Assembly (NCBI GenBank): GCA_040285745.1
Contig: JAUFOR010000005.1
Location: forward strand, 496,001-560,000
Source of the DNA: Barthelona sp. PCE
Taxonomy: Eukaryota
DNA: 64,000 nucleotides
Direction: 5' to 3'
This document shows positions 22,501-32,402 of this stretch, piece by piece. The stretch's first letter is position 1. Every line of letters begins with the position of its first letter. The position numbers and the translations under genes were made by a program. Below the pieces are notes generated by a model, which was given only the letters and a program-made list of their open reading frames with translations, did not search any database and was not told where the DNA came from.

Positions 22501-25500
22501 TTAAGCATAAATATTATGTTGAGATGTCAAAAGATTCAGTTTTAAATATAGTTGAGAGTTTTACCTCAGATGACACTTGGTTTAAAGATCTATTTGATCG
22601 CTATTTACCGGATACAGAGGATAAAAAGGTGGATATACACAATCAGAAGAATAGAATGAGTGTTATACACTCATTTGTTGCTGAACACTTTGAATTGAAC
22701 TGGGATATTAAACTGTTAGAGAAATTATTCCATTCTTTCCTTAACAGTAATCATGAAATGGTTGACAGTATCAAATTTGATAAAACGCACATTAGTTATT
22801 GGGCTTTTTCATTAATTTTTTTAGAGAATCCAAATACTCAGTTTTTCAAAAAACAATCTTCTACTTTATTTTCCAATCCTTCAAAACATATTAAAATAAC
22901 ACAATTTAGTGATTTTATTTCCTCTTATTTTGATAATTCAGATGATTTTACTTCATTATCAGGAATTAAAAATGCTATGCTGAAGTTTGAAGAAGAACAT
23001 TGTTTTATGCCAATTATTCAGAACCAAATGGGATTGTTTAATATGCGCGTGATTAATAATTTGCAGAGTATGAAAATTGTCATAGATAAGCAGAATTTTG
23101 CTGAATTTCTCAAATTTTTAGTGAATCAAGTGATGCTTTTCGAAGAAGACATCAGCAATCTGTGGAATTCATTCAAACATAACAAGTATTACATGGAAAT
23201 TATGTGTGAAAACGAAGAAATATTCAACCTTTTTGCTTCAAATCTTCAGCTCCAAGATTGTTCACATTTGGACATTAAGCAATGCTCCAAATTACTTGGT
23301 TTTGGAGTATCTCTCAATGATTCCGATAGATCTGCATTATGGCAGCTTTTGCCGTTTAACGTTGACGCGATTATTAAATGTGATGGTGAAAACAAAGAGG
23401 ATGTATTCAAAAAATTTGCACCCCTGTTAAAGGCTGCTGACTGTATGCACCTTGAGAAAGCTGATTGTTTAGATTTGCTCACTATGGGGTCAAAAATCAA
23501 CAATTTTAATCACAGTATGTTGTGGCACGTTCTTCCCTCACCTTTAAAAGCAATTTTTAATGAAAAGAATATTTGCAATGAATACCTCAAATACATCACT
23601 CTTACATATTGTGCCGACCTTGATGTGGAGCAGTGTGTAATTCCTTACAACGATATGTTAACTGTGACTGAGTGTATGAATCTAGAAGTTGAAGACTGTT
23701 ACGATATTCACTCTATGTTGTTTGAGTGGAGAGACTTTTATCATTTATTTTTGACTTTTGTTCCAATTATCAATAGATCACACCTAGTGGATCTTTCTGA
23801 CGAGGATCTAATAACTGTATGTGAGAACATTTTGAAGTTCTCCGTCGAACATCCGAACAGCATCTCTGAGAGTCTTTGGAATGATATGAACGATTGTGTT
23901 AAGCTTGTTAAGTTCCTCGAATTTGATTCCTACATGGCCAACAAGCATCTAATTAGGCCCAACGACTATGATACGCTTGAAAACATAGATATTGTTAAAA
24001 TTCTTAAATTTGAACTCAATGAAGAAGAAGATATGAAGCGTTGGAATTACATATCGCACAATCGTAATCCTCTGAAATCCATTCTTAACGTCGCAATGAA
24101 ACTTTCTGGTGATGAGCAAAAGATGTTATTAAGCTTGAACAAAACAAAGAATTTTGTAAGCACCAATTTTCATAAACTCAGTCCAGACGAAGAGAAACTT
24201 CTCACTCAATATTTTGCTTCTTTAACTGCTTTTCAGCGCAAAAATGTATATAACAAACTGAAAGAAATCTCTGCTGATATCAGGTTCCTTGCAAGCTCAA
24301 CCACCAACCTTCAAACTAGAATCATTGCTTATGCTGACTGTCATCCTGATAGCAGAACTTATGACATGATCTCTGCACATAGTAAGCAGTTTTGTCAAAG
24401 GCAAACAGGAACTGATTCTTCCCCATACTACAATAGTTCTCAATCAATTGAGAATCAGTTTATTGTTAACAACAACAGCGCCATAGGGTTTTACGAATCA
24501 AGTAGCCGTAAGCAGTTCAATCACAAGGACAGCTTTGCTTTGCTTTCCGTTCTGCACACAATATTGTTCTTCATTTGTGTTTCATTGATATATTCATTCA
24601 TAGTACTTAGCACAAAGAGTACTGTGAAAACTGATTTATTCCTTCATTCTGAAGATTTTTTCAAAAACGGAGAATATGATGGTTGTGTATACATAAGCAA
24701 ATTTTGCCTATTATCTTTAGAATTATTTTTATCTTGCACTATTGTCTTTGGTTTGTTTTCTAAGCATCAAACCGAAAGCAAAGGTGTCTTGAAGTCTGCA
24801 TATTTTTTTTTTTTTGCATGTTCAAGTGTTGTGTTATTTTTTAATTACTTTTTTGGAATACACACTTTTTACGCATTAATAACTTTAGTTCTATGCTTTT
24901 GGAGTCCTGAACTATCACTATCTTGGTTTATATTCTCAATTGCTCCTCTTTTATACTGGACAAAATGGTGGAAAGAGGTTAATGCTTTATTAACAGTTTG
25001 GCTAGTAGGACAACTTGTATTTGATACTTTGTTAGGCAAATACAAAGGTTATGCTTCGTCATTAGCCGGATTTATCATATGCATTAGTTCCTTTGTTACT
25101 GCAAAATGGGAGCTAGAAATGAGTGTTTATGTCTTTTTATTGTATTTTGCAATTTTATTTACTTTAGTATTTATTCAAGTGATCATAGTTGATGTTTTGT
25201 ACAATAGAGAATCTTGCAGTGAGAAAAATTGCCAGTTACAGGTTATAATTGATGGTCAATATGAGAATGTTGAAATTGAAAAGCATCATTTGTTACATTT
25301 TCCCGAAAATCACAATCATTATTACACTTTTATCAACGGTGAGTACAAACGGTTTTGGTTTTGGTTCCCATTTCTTCAAGCATTTGGTCACCCTAATATG
25401 ATCAAGACGAAATCTCAATCAATGGTTACGTTTAGAGAATGTTTAGATGACTGTCAACCAAGCAAGGAGAAAAAATATCTCATCAAGCCAACTGATTGTG

Positions 25501-26113
25501 ATATTTTTGGAATTAATGCGCTTATGAATACTCTGCCACCAGCATATGATGGTGATTTTGAATTTCATATTGTTTTATTCTCACACAAGAACGATATTCC
25601 TAAGATTAAAAATCGTCTCCAAAATGCTATACACTGGTTTAGCTTAAATTTTTCAATTGAGCGAACTTATACACGTGTTCCAAAAAACAGAAACCAAGTA
25701 GATACAACAACTTATTTGTTACACAATGAAACTTACGGTGTCATTCCTCTGTTTATTACAATATACAACTTTGATTATGATGAAAATGCAAATTTTAGTG
25801 TTTTAGAAATTGAAGTTGAGGACTCTTGTTACCCTGTATCAGATGAGGATATTGAAAGCGTCATTCAAGATGTCGTTGTTCATGTAGTGGATGATTGTGA
25901 TATGAATATTGTTGATTTAGCCAATAGTATTTTAGATGAATCTAACGATGAAACTGTTTTAAAGTAAACATCTACAAAATATGTGTACTACAACAACCTA
26001 GTAAACTATTCCGTTTATTTGGACAACAGTGTTTGAATCCACTGAGCTACTCTTCATCAAACTCACCGTATTCGTCCTCATCGAAAACATCATCATCAAC
26101 CTCGACAACAACG
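19557..26113 (+). repeat. Tandem segmental duplication, unit 2
   Basis: See unit 1; the junction ...CTCGACAACAACG|TATTGTTTAT... at 19557 shares one G with both parental ends. Confidence 0.92.
20181..25967 (+). CDS. Giant (1928 aa) lineage-specific protein with C-terminal multi-TM region, copy 2
   Basis: Same N-terminus as 13207-19380 (MSLLENIQRWVAALHVLDEP...), divergent C-terminal third, acidic tail. Confidence 0.88.
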   Translation: MSLLENIQRWVAALHVLDEPLEKLKQVSFSFTSLEIHINESNSFKFDLTCENTNQSATIQFDYYNEYTYNTEQTNARSPTLLDVFCLYIGFKLIISNPRIHSLTKWICFLLYRSVSLPEEIGLRVFDSIEIEKLLKSVSPWSGDITIVVENLLSLYSSFISNYQRHFISLLAASGFFSLFPYERTGFKTFWSALNSGSLDSSETTKFIICRNVESLHTVLLYDNLCPELDFSDCSDPETVKIIMESIGTSEVNIPFDFGNNNQHSEVTSAFKKKKIWSLLSKHVDIYESYPPFFELELHEKLNFLRGFVSDSKISDHNVRISLNIASEGSDEAVMKAIWSNTRRPVDLFINDDESVDIDLFKFIPVFETFDFFHLSDSIVGNIIEKFMERPGYHNYININRVWSCLRCKVAAHRIVLHNHEVRDFFRSSFSDDDQALHIDPFYSEDVHPEQQELKDIYQREYDRIIASESEISQINETLSKTKLYRHEKKNKFDFLIFFVNQLIDFTSKDPLMQIVINIVFQGYPPLDDFSHFPDVRFQNFMLNIYKQIHKDDFIFRFCFILFSFIPFSHVKNSIKIFLGLDSDRHMLIQKIQRDYWYLFFNTWSNISSPLIDCLEFKSPYLTILSSSFWDPSYITPVVQPVLFKILWYTTCNPSNLLQRCWDTVLQVYDPVYLFYGGSSKLSPLHLVLYLEASSAKYVQHLSRESCTRILSDLCSFSTYEHVKRWWESISTLFNPILFSYKNNLSNVDFVKCFVPKNFESLDKQLCIDIFKSVKHKYYVEMSKDSVLNIVESFTSDDTWFKDLFDRYLPDTEDKKVDIHNQKNRMSVIHSFVAEHFELNWDIKLLEKLFHSFLNSNHEMVDSIKFDKTHISYWAFSLIFLENPNTQFFKKQSSTLFSNPSKHIKITQFSDFISSYFDNSDDFTSLSGIKNAMLKFEEEHCFMPIIQNQMGLFNMRVINNLQSMKIVIDKQNFAEFLKFLVNQVMLFEEDISNLWNSFKHNKYYMEIMCENEEIFNLFASNLQLQDCSHLDIKQCSKLLGFGVSLNDSDRSALWQLLPFNVDAIIKCDGENKEDVFKKFAPLLKAADCMHLEKADCLDLLTMGSKINNFNHSMLWHVLPSPLKAIFNEKNICNEYLKYITLTYCADLDVEQCVIPYNDMLTVTECMNLEVEDCYDIHSMLFEWRDFYHLFLTFVPIINRSHLVDLSDEDLITVCENILKFSVEHPNSISESLWNDMNDCVKLVKFLEFDSYMANKHLIRPNDYDTLENIDIVKILKFELNEEEDMKRWNYISHNRNPLKSILNVAMKLSGDEQKMLLSLNKTKNFVSTNFHKLSPDEEKLLTQYFASLTAFQRKNVYNKLKEISADIRFLASSTTNLQTRIIAYADCHPDSRTYDMISAHSKQFCQRQTGTDSSPYYNSSQSIENQFIVNNNSAIGFYESSSRKQFNHKDSFALLSVLHTILFFICVSLIYSFIVLSTKSTVKTDLFLHSEDFFKNGEYDGCVYISKFCLLSLELFLSCTIVFGLFSKHQTESKGVLKSAYFFFFACSSVVLFFNYFFGIHTFYALITLVLCFWSPELSLSWFIFSIAPLLYWTKWWKEVNALLTVWLVGQLVFDTLLGKYKGYASSLAGFIICISSFVTAKWELEMSVYVFLLYFAILFTLVFIQVIIVDVLYNRESCSEKNCQLQVIIDGQYENVEIEKHHLLHFPENHNHYYTFINGEYKRFWFWFPFLQAFGHPNMIKTKSQSMVTFRECLDDCQPSKEKKYLIKPTDCDIFGINALMNTLPPAYDGDFEFHIVLFSHKNDIPKIKNRLQNAIHWFSLNFSIERTYTRVPKNRNQVDTTTYLLHNETYGVIPLFITIYNFDYDENANFSVLEIEVEDSCYPVSDEDIESVIQDVVVHVVDDCDMNIVDLANSILDESNDETVLK

Positions 26114-27669
26114 CATTCACAGTCAACGTAGTCCGATGGAGGATCAACGTATGCTTTTCCGTCTTCCAATTCGCCAAATTCGGATTCGTCTTCGATCTCT
26201 TCAACAACTATTTCTTCAATAATCTCGGTTTCACTGCTATGCTCAATAGGTTCAGTAATCTCGGTTTCTATTTCAGCAATTTCAGGTTCAACTATTTCGG
26301 GTATAACCTCAACTTCAGCAACAGCTACCTCAACTTCAACATCCGAAACAGCAGCGGGAACAACCGGTTCGACGACGACCATCTCCATATTTGGATCATC
26401 CTTAGGACCTTTCTTCTTCTTCTTCTTCTTCTTCTTGCGAAGCTCCAGCGGCACATACAGAACCTTGATATAAAAGGGAACAGTAAACAATATCAAAAGA
26501 CCAAAAGTAAGACCGAGAATACCAACACTAAGGAAAGAATCAGACTGATCAACGATATAACCTATCGAAGGAGCGACAAACATCATTGTCAACGATTTTG
26601 TCTGATTTTCAATGCTCAACGCCGTTGCACCCAGATCTGAGGGAACGAATGAATCGAATCTCGAAAGATGGATCGGCCTGAACGAGTTGAACACGTAGCT
26701 CAGCAGTATGTAAACGAAAACAAAACCCAGTTGAAAATCAATGAAGAGGAAAAATGTCATTGCGGCGAATATACCAACCTGCACGAACCAGATGACAGTG
26801 ATGGCCTTCTCCGGCTCACCGCCACACATTTTGACAACCCTAGCGCTGCCCTTGGACCCAAAGGCTTCAATAAGCGACAAGAAAAAATAAACAATTCCAA
26901 TGAGGATAGCGGTGCGCTCAAATTCCTTCACATCCCAGTCCAGTGAGAGGCCAAGCGCCATGGCTTCGACGATGGGCTGCACGTAGTCCTTGAGGATGGA
27001 CCAGGGATTTCCCATCGCAACCGACTCAAACATAAGACGACGCAGCGGTTTACGTTTGAACATTATACCGAACGCTTCCTTCAGGGCGGCCCATAGACTG
27101 CTGTTCTTCTTCTTGCGCTCTCCGTCAAGCTCTTTTGGGTATGACAAAATGTTTATGCTATTAAGAATGTATGGAATAACACTAAAGTACCAGATAACAT
27201 CTAAATTACCGCTCCATATCACAATTATGGGCGCTATGATCGATGAGATCGCGCTACCGATTTTTGCAAGTGATCTGGTGGTTCCATAAACTTTTGTTTT
27301 TTTTTCTACAATGTTATTAATCTCTAAATGGGTGAATATGAGAGATTTGTGCGATCCGCTTCTTAGTGCGTCTCCTAAAGCATAAAAAAACATACACCCA
27401 AGCATGATATAAAAGTTTGAGAATAATCCAAAGCCAATGAAGCTTATTATATATGCCCAGAACCCTATGACGAGGCTCCACCTCCTACTGGTTACGTCTG
27501 CAATAACACCAGTGGGAACTTCAAGGAGGTTGACGATCAGGGAGCTGAAACCCTGCATGATACCGATCTGCGCGAACGAAAGGCCCTTTGAAAGCCAAGA
27601 CAGAGTTTTGAATGCATCAAAATATCTCTGATTCTTAAGCAGTCCATAGAGACAAAACCTGACAATCAT
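26047..27669 (-). CDS. Major facilitator superfamily transporter (bacterial-type) with poly-Lys and acidic C-terminal tail
   Basis: About 12 TM helices, motif-A-like EVPTGVIADVTSRRWSL; first ATG at 27669 (MIVRFCLYGLLKNQRYF) lines up with the start of paralog 30424-31683. Confidence 0.9.
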   Translation of the reverse strand: MIVRFCLYGLLKNQRYFDAFKTLSWLSKGLSFAQIGIMQGFSSLIVNLLEVPTGVIADVTSRRWSLVIGFWAYIISFIGFGLFSNFYIMLGCMFFYALGDALRSGSHKSLIFTHLEINNIVEKKTKVYGTTRSLAKIGSAISSIIAPIIVIWSGNLDVIWYFSVIPYILNSINILSYPKELDGERKKKNSSLWAALKEAFGIMFKRKPLRRLMFESVAMGNPWSILKDYVQPIVEAMALGLSLDWDVKEFERTAILIGIVYFFLSLIEAFGSKGSARVVKMCGGEPEKAITVIWFVQVGIFAAMTFFLFIDFQLGFVFVYILLSYVFNSFRPIHLSRFDSFVPSDLGATALSIENQTKSLTMMFVAPSIGYIVDQSDSFLSVGILGLTFGLLILFTVPFYIKVLYVPLELRKKKKKKKKKGPKDDPNMEMVVVEPVVPAAVSDVEVEVAVAEVEVIPEIVEPEIAEIETEITEPIEHSSETEIIEEIVVEEIEDESEFGELEDGKAYVDPPSDYVDCECVVVEVDDDVFDEDEYGEFDEE

Positions 27670-28690
27670 TTTTGAATGTCTGTGCTGTGGAGTGGTGAAA
27701 TGGTGCTCGATAAACCTATCAAAACTAAGAGCAGCGAAACCGATCTCGTTAGAGGGCAGGAAGCAAAAAACAATGTCTATGACTGACGTGTGGCCGGGAC
27801 CCCTCCTCTGCGTCGCATTCGGCACGATAGAGTGGCCTTGTGCTTCTGTTTTGTTTCTGTGCAAGCGAGGAGTGCAGCTTTTGAATGTTGTTTCAACAGC
27901 TTGGATTATTACTCTCCTCTTTCACTCTTGTTGAACGCTGGTGGCCCGAGCTGCGGCTGTGACCGAGCTGGGCGACGTTGAACGCTGCAGGGGTTTCGTT
28001 TTCTTTACTTTAATGAGGCATTGATCGATCCCATTGCTCACATCGACCGTGCCCATGGGCCTGGTGCCCGTGTAAAGATCACAGCAGCGCTTTTGAAAAT
28101 TCTTAAACCTTTAAGTTTACTGAGTGAGTTGTCTCTTCGTAAAAAGCTCAAACATTTTTGTATCAAAAATCATCTGATTGACTTAATTGGACCACACTGT
28201 TTAGCCGTATAGACCTACATCAGGACAATTAAAATACCGTAAATGTTAAATACTGTGAGTAAAAATCTTTTCCTGATCAATAATGCATTGATGTACAACT
28301 GGTTGCGGAAAACTTAGTTCTATAGAATATGCAAAGTAATTTATCAGAAATTTCAGACCATATTTAAAGAGAAGGAGAATATATTAGAAAAACAACAAAT
28401 TGGTTTATTTAGCTTTTGCGCATTCTGTGTACGTTGCATAATTTCCAATTTAACGATTGGTGGTTTGCGATACAAAGGCTAATGGTTTAAAAAAAAGACC
28501 TGATCAAGCATCCCATCAATATCAATGTTAATAGACAAACGTATCACAGCAAAGTGTGTCTTACTAATGAATTATCTTGTTTCCATCAAAAAAATAACCT
28601 AATTCGCTTACTTTGAGAAGAAAAAAAGTGGACCAAGGTTTTCACATGTTTTTTCTTTTCTGTCCCTATTCATTTCTTTTCTCTTCCAAG

Positions 28691-30379
28691 ATGCCAGAAT
28701 TGCCTACGGACGACCTTATCGATCGTGAACTAACTAATCCGGGTGTACTGCCTGCGCCGGTACGTCTTGAGTTTATTGAACCTGCTGTCAAGAACCTAGA
28801 CATTGATTTGTGCGTCCGCCTGTCAGACAAGACCGCCATTACAACCAACGAGTACCCCCTTGCTGATCGCCTCATTCATGCCTATCATCGCCGCCAAGAA
28901 ATTCTGCATCAACGCAGAGCCGCTGGCATCAACAAGATGAAGCGTATCGAGGACATTGAGGACGAACGCATGCGCGAGTACCACAATTTATCACTTGCAC
29001 TTCGAAACAAGATGATGAGAGCAATGAATAATCGCAACCGTTACATGATGCAACGCACCGCATTTGCTCGCCGCCAGCTCAACCGTGTCATCGATGCTGA
29101 GACCAGCCGCATCCAGCAATCCATGAAACGCAAGTCAAATCACATCAACAAGATGAACAGGGAGTACAGCGCTAGTATCCGTCGCCATCACTTCAGACAG
29201 ATATACAGCCTCCGTTGGAGTGAAATGTGCATCCGCGCGAAGAGGGCTGCAAACAACGTTATTACTCGGTTGAATGAAATTCATCACAAAACCAACCTTA
29301 AACAATCCCGAGCTTTACTCAACCACATCGACTACATCGAGTCGGTCCGCGCTAAGGGGCTCAGAACAATCAATCGTTGTCAGTACGTCCGCTCTCAGAA
29401 CGAGCTCCGCTGTCTTGCCAAACGAGAGGCTCTCACAAAGTCTCTCGCTCAGGCCGATAATAGACGTGCGGCTGCTCTTGAAGCCGTTAAGCTTAAGGGT
29501 CACTTCGTCGTCACACGTGTTATTTCGGTTCGAACAGAGCGTCGAAACCGCATTTTCCAGTTGATGGAGAAGTCTCAGCTTAACCAAACCACTGCGCTCC
29601 TCCGTCGTAACAAACAACGCAGCAAACGTATCAGTTTCGCGCAGATGCAACTCCAACGCGGTAAGGATGTTGCCAGACGCATTGAACAGAGGCGTGAGCG
29701 TCTCATCGAAAACTACTTCTCCAAACTCCACAAGGCTTCCTTCAACCGTCAGTGTCAGGAGGAGAAAAGCCTCCGTTTCGCACGCATGGTTCTTCAGCGC
29801 AACGATATCTGGAAGTACAAGGCCAAGAAGCAGCAACAAACCGCAATGTTGGACTGGTGGGATTTGATGCACGCAGCCGACAACCGCCGTGACGCAGCAA
29901 TCACCGTCGTCATCATCAAGGCCCGCGAGTGCTCGCATCGCGTCGCTATCGCTCGAAACAAGCGTAAAATGTCAATCGAGAAACTTAAGCAGACTATCAT
30001 TAAGAAGCAATCGGAAGCTCACAAGCGCCGAATGGGCATCCGCAACAAGATGTTGAGAAGGATCGAGAGCCACCTTTGCCGCGTCCAGGCACGCCATAAT
30101 TTTGCTCTCACCAAAAAATATCGCAAGAGAAATGCTTTGCTGAAGAAGCTCACCATCGCCAAGGCCGTACGCACCAAGCATCTCGACGAAATTGTCCATA
30201 AGGCACGTTCCAGCTATCGTATCCCTGACAATACTGAAATCACTGCTCTCGAACGCAACAAGGCACGTAAGGCCATTGAAGCTGGGCTTATTCACGCCAA
30301 CAATCGTCGCCAGGAAATCCTTAACCTGCGTATCCTCAAGGCGCGTAAGATGCAACGTCATTCCTCCTTCACATTCTAA
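28691..30379 (+). CDS. Arg/Lys-rich long helical protein with 47-aa stathmin/TCP11-N-like repeats
   Basis: ATG at 28691 after a pyrimidine tract; periodic A-x-x-[NR]-R motif; C-ending codon bias similar to RPL13A. Confidence 0.8.
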   Translation: MPELPTDDLIDRELTNPGVLPAPVRLEFIEPAVKNLDIDLCVRLSDKTAITTNEYPLADRLIHAYHRRQEILHQRRAAGINKMKRIEDIEDERMREYHNLSLALRNKMMRAMNNRNRYMMQRTAFARRQLNRVIDAETSRIQQSMKRKSNHINKMNREYSASIRRHHFRQIYSLRWSEMCIRAKRAANNVITRLNEIHHKTNLKQSRALLNHIDYIESVRAKGLRTINRCQYVRSQNELRCLAKREALTKSLAQADNRRAAALEAVKLKGHFVVTRVISVRTERRNRIFQLMEKSQLNQTTALLRRNKQRSKRISFAQMQLQRGKDVARRIEQRRERLIENYFSKLHKASFNRQCQEEKSLRFARMVLQRNDIWKYKAKKQQQTAMLDWWDLMHAADNRRDAAITVVIIKARECSHRVAIARNKRKMSIEKLKQTIIKKQSEAHKRRMGIRNKMLRRIESHLCRVQARHNFALTKKYRKRNALLKKLTIAKAVRTKHLDEIVHKARSSYRIPDNTEITALERNKARKAIEAGLIHANNRRQEILNLRILKARKMQRHSSFTF

Positions 30380-30423
30380 TAAAACTCTTTTCTATCCCAA
30401 TTCGTTGTAATCTATTACCAAAA

Positions 30424-31683
30424 TTATATAGAGTTCTCTTTCTCGTCGTCTTCGAGCACAGATCGGTACTTTGCAATCGAAATAACAACAGGAACGCAAG
30501 AAACAAACCCCAACACACCTACTATCCAAAAGGAACTGGTTCTATCAACAATCCAGCCTACGACTGGCTCAATGACAATGAGTGCACTGGCCTTCACCTG
30601 GTTTTCAATGGATAGAGCTGTGCTTCCTAAAGAACTGGAAACGAAAATATCAAATCTCGATAAGTGCAACGGTCTGAACGAATTATAGTGTAAAAACAGC
30701 AACATATAAAGCGCGATACCCGCGATTGTCCAGTCCACGAATATCACAATAGAAATAATACAATAAACTGTGGTACAGAACCACCATAGCATCTCAACCG
30801 CTTCGTTTTCAGATCGCTTCTTCTTCAAGTATGCACCTAATCGTGATGCGATGGCGCCAATCATGTTCAATATACAGTATACTATGCCCATAAACACTGC
30901 TACCTGATTCTTTGAGTTCTCAAAAATTGAAATATGCTGAACTACACTTAGCAGAACAAATGTCTCAACTAGAGGCTGTATATACTGTTTAGCGATGCCA
31001 AACGCTGTCCCGGAGCACACTGACTCGAATAAAAGACGCCTAATCGAACTTTTGGAGAACATCAGCTTGAATGCAGAAGCAAAACTTGACCACACAGGTT
31101 CCTTTTTCCTCTTCTCCCTTTCCTGCTCATCTCCATCAACATGCTTCGGATACGTCATGATGTTTATGATATTAAGAAAATAGGGCAGCACAGATGCGTA
31201 CCAAACGATGTTATAGTCACCATTTGAAAAAATTACGATAATCGGGGAAACCACTGCAGTTGCTGCAGAGCTTATTTTCGCCCAGGAGCGCACCGCACCG
31301 TACAGTTCCGTCCTTCTGTGCTGCTGTCCTACATGAACTAAGTGTGCAAACTGCATACTTTTTGCAGTTCCAGATAAAAACGCTGCGCCAACCGAAAATA
31401 GCACCATAGCCAACATCAACACACTGTAAGAACTGGATTTACCAAACAAAATAAACGAAACAATATAACAAAGCAAAGAGAAAATCATACAGTTCTTACG
31501 TCCAACGTACACGTCTGCCAGTAGCCCTGTGGGGATTTCTAACACCGTGGTAACAATATCACCCACTGAATAAAGAATACCAACTTGGAAAAAGGAAAGA
31601 CCTTTGCTTAACCATGATAAAACCTTGAAAGCATCAAAGAACCGCATGTTCTTGAGAAACCCATACAAAAGAAATCGCTTCAT
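30424..31683 (-). CDS. MFS transporter, paralog of 26047-27669
   Basis: MKRFLLYGFLKNMRFFDAFK, EIPTGLLADVYVGRK, FRPLHLSRFD, ALSIENQ shared with the paralog; start at 31683 preferred over 31728 by paralog alignment. Confidence 0.9.
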   Translation of the reverse strand: MKRFLLYGFLKNMRFFDAFKVLSWLSKGLSFFQVGILYSVGDIVTTVLEIPTGLLADVYVGRKNCMIFSLLCYIVSFILFGKSSSYSVLMLAMVLFSVGAAFLSGTAKSMQFAHLVHVGQQHRRTELYGAVRSWAKISSAATAVVSPIIVIFSNGDYNIVWYASVLPYFLNIINIMTYPKHVDGDEQEREKRKKEPVWSSFASAFKLMFSKSSIRRLLFESVCSGTAFGIAKQYIQPLVETFVLLSVVQHISIFENSKNQVAVFMGIVYCILNMIGAIASRLGAYLKKKRSENEAVEMLWWFCTTVYCIISIVIFVDWTIAGIALYMLLFLHYNSFRPLHLSRFDIFVSSSLGSTALSIENQVKASALIVIEPVVGWIVDRTSSFWIVGVLGFVSCVPVVISIAKYRSVLEDDEKENSI

Positions 31684-31760
31684 GTTTCGAAAGAGGTGAA
31701 TAAAACTGAAACGGATGACAGGTTTCATAAATCAAACATAACGTACTTTATTATCACTCA

Positions 31761-32402
31761 CTACTCATCCTTATCCTTTTCCTTCTGCTTCTGGCTCTGA
31801 TTAGCTAAAATCAAACGTAAAATCTGCATGAAAACCTTTACGACAGAATAAAACAATTCTAAAGAAGCTTCATCAACAGTCATGTAAGATTTGCTCTCAA
31901 TTTCATCCAAAACAATAATGAAAAACGCCAATTCTCCAACTAAAGTTAAAAGATAATAACGGTTAAACATCATTCTAATACGGAAGAAAGAAACAAAATA
32001 AAGGATTGTGTAAGTCATGAGGGTCAGGCTGATGACAGCAGCAGCAGTGTAAGCTAATTTTCTCATCATAGTGCGATCACCGCGAATATAACCAACAACA
32101 ATACTGGTTAATACAATAATGGTATAGATGGCTGCGCTGCAGATGTAAGAAAGAAGCTGAGGACCCATACCAACAGCTGTGATACAACCAAAGGAAGCTG
32201 CAACAGAAATTAGTCTGTATTTTGACTTGAATGAGAGTCCCACAAAAAACATGGCGAGTGGGATGGAAACGTACCAGCGCAAAAAGAGATTGCCCATCAG
32301 AACAACTAGAAATACAGCCAACATCTGAATAACATTGCTGTACACGTTAGAGGCAAACGTGTAGCCTTCTGATGCGACGTGTTCGTGTGAATCTGAAACC
32401 AT
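31761..32402 (-). CDS. Bax inhibitor-1 / TMBIM family membrane protein
   Basis: 6-7 TM helices; C-terminal ASLELFYSVVKVFMQILRLIL followed by a charged tail, as in BI-1. Confidence 0.7.
   Translation of the reverse strand: MVSDSHEHVASEGYTFASNVYSNVIQMLAVFLVVLMGNLFLRWYVSIPLAMFFVGLSFKSKYRLISVAASFGCITAVGMGPQLLSYICSAAIYTIIVLTSIVVGYIRGDRTMMRKLAYTAAAVISLTLMTYTILYFVSFFRIRMMFNRYYLLTLVGELAFFIIVLDEIESKSYMTVDEASLELFYSVVKVFMQILRLILANQSQKQKEKDKDE

Noticed and set aside
26029-26640. 203-aa plus-strand ORF (and its 61-aa echo at 19473-19658)
   Set aside because: Antisense shadow of the low-complexity MFS tail; non-ATG start.
29315-30361. 207-aa and 129-aa minus-strand ORFs
   Set aside because: Antisense to a strongly codon-biased gene; no protein motifs.
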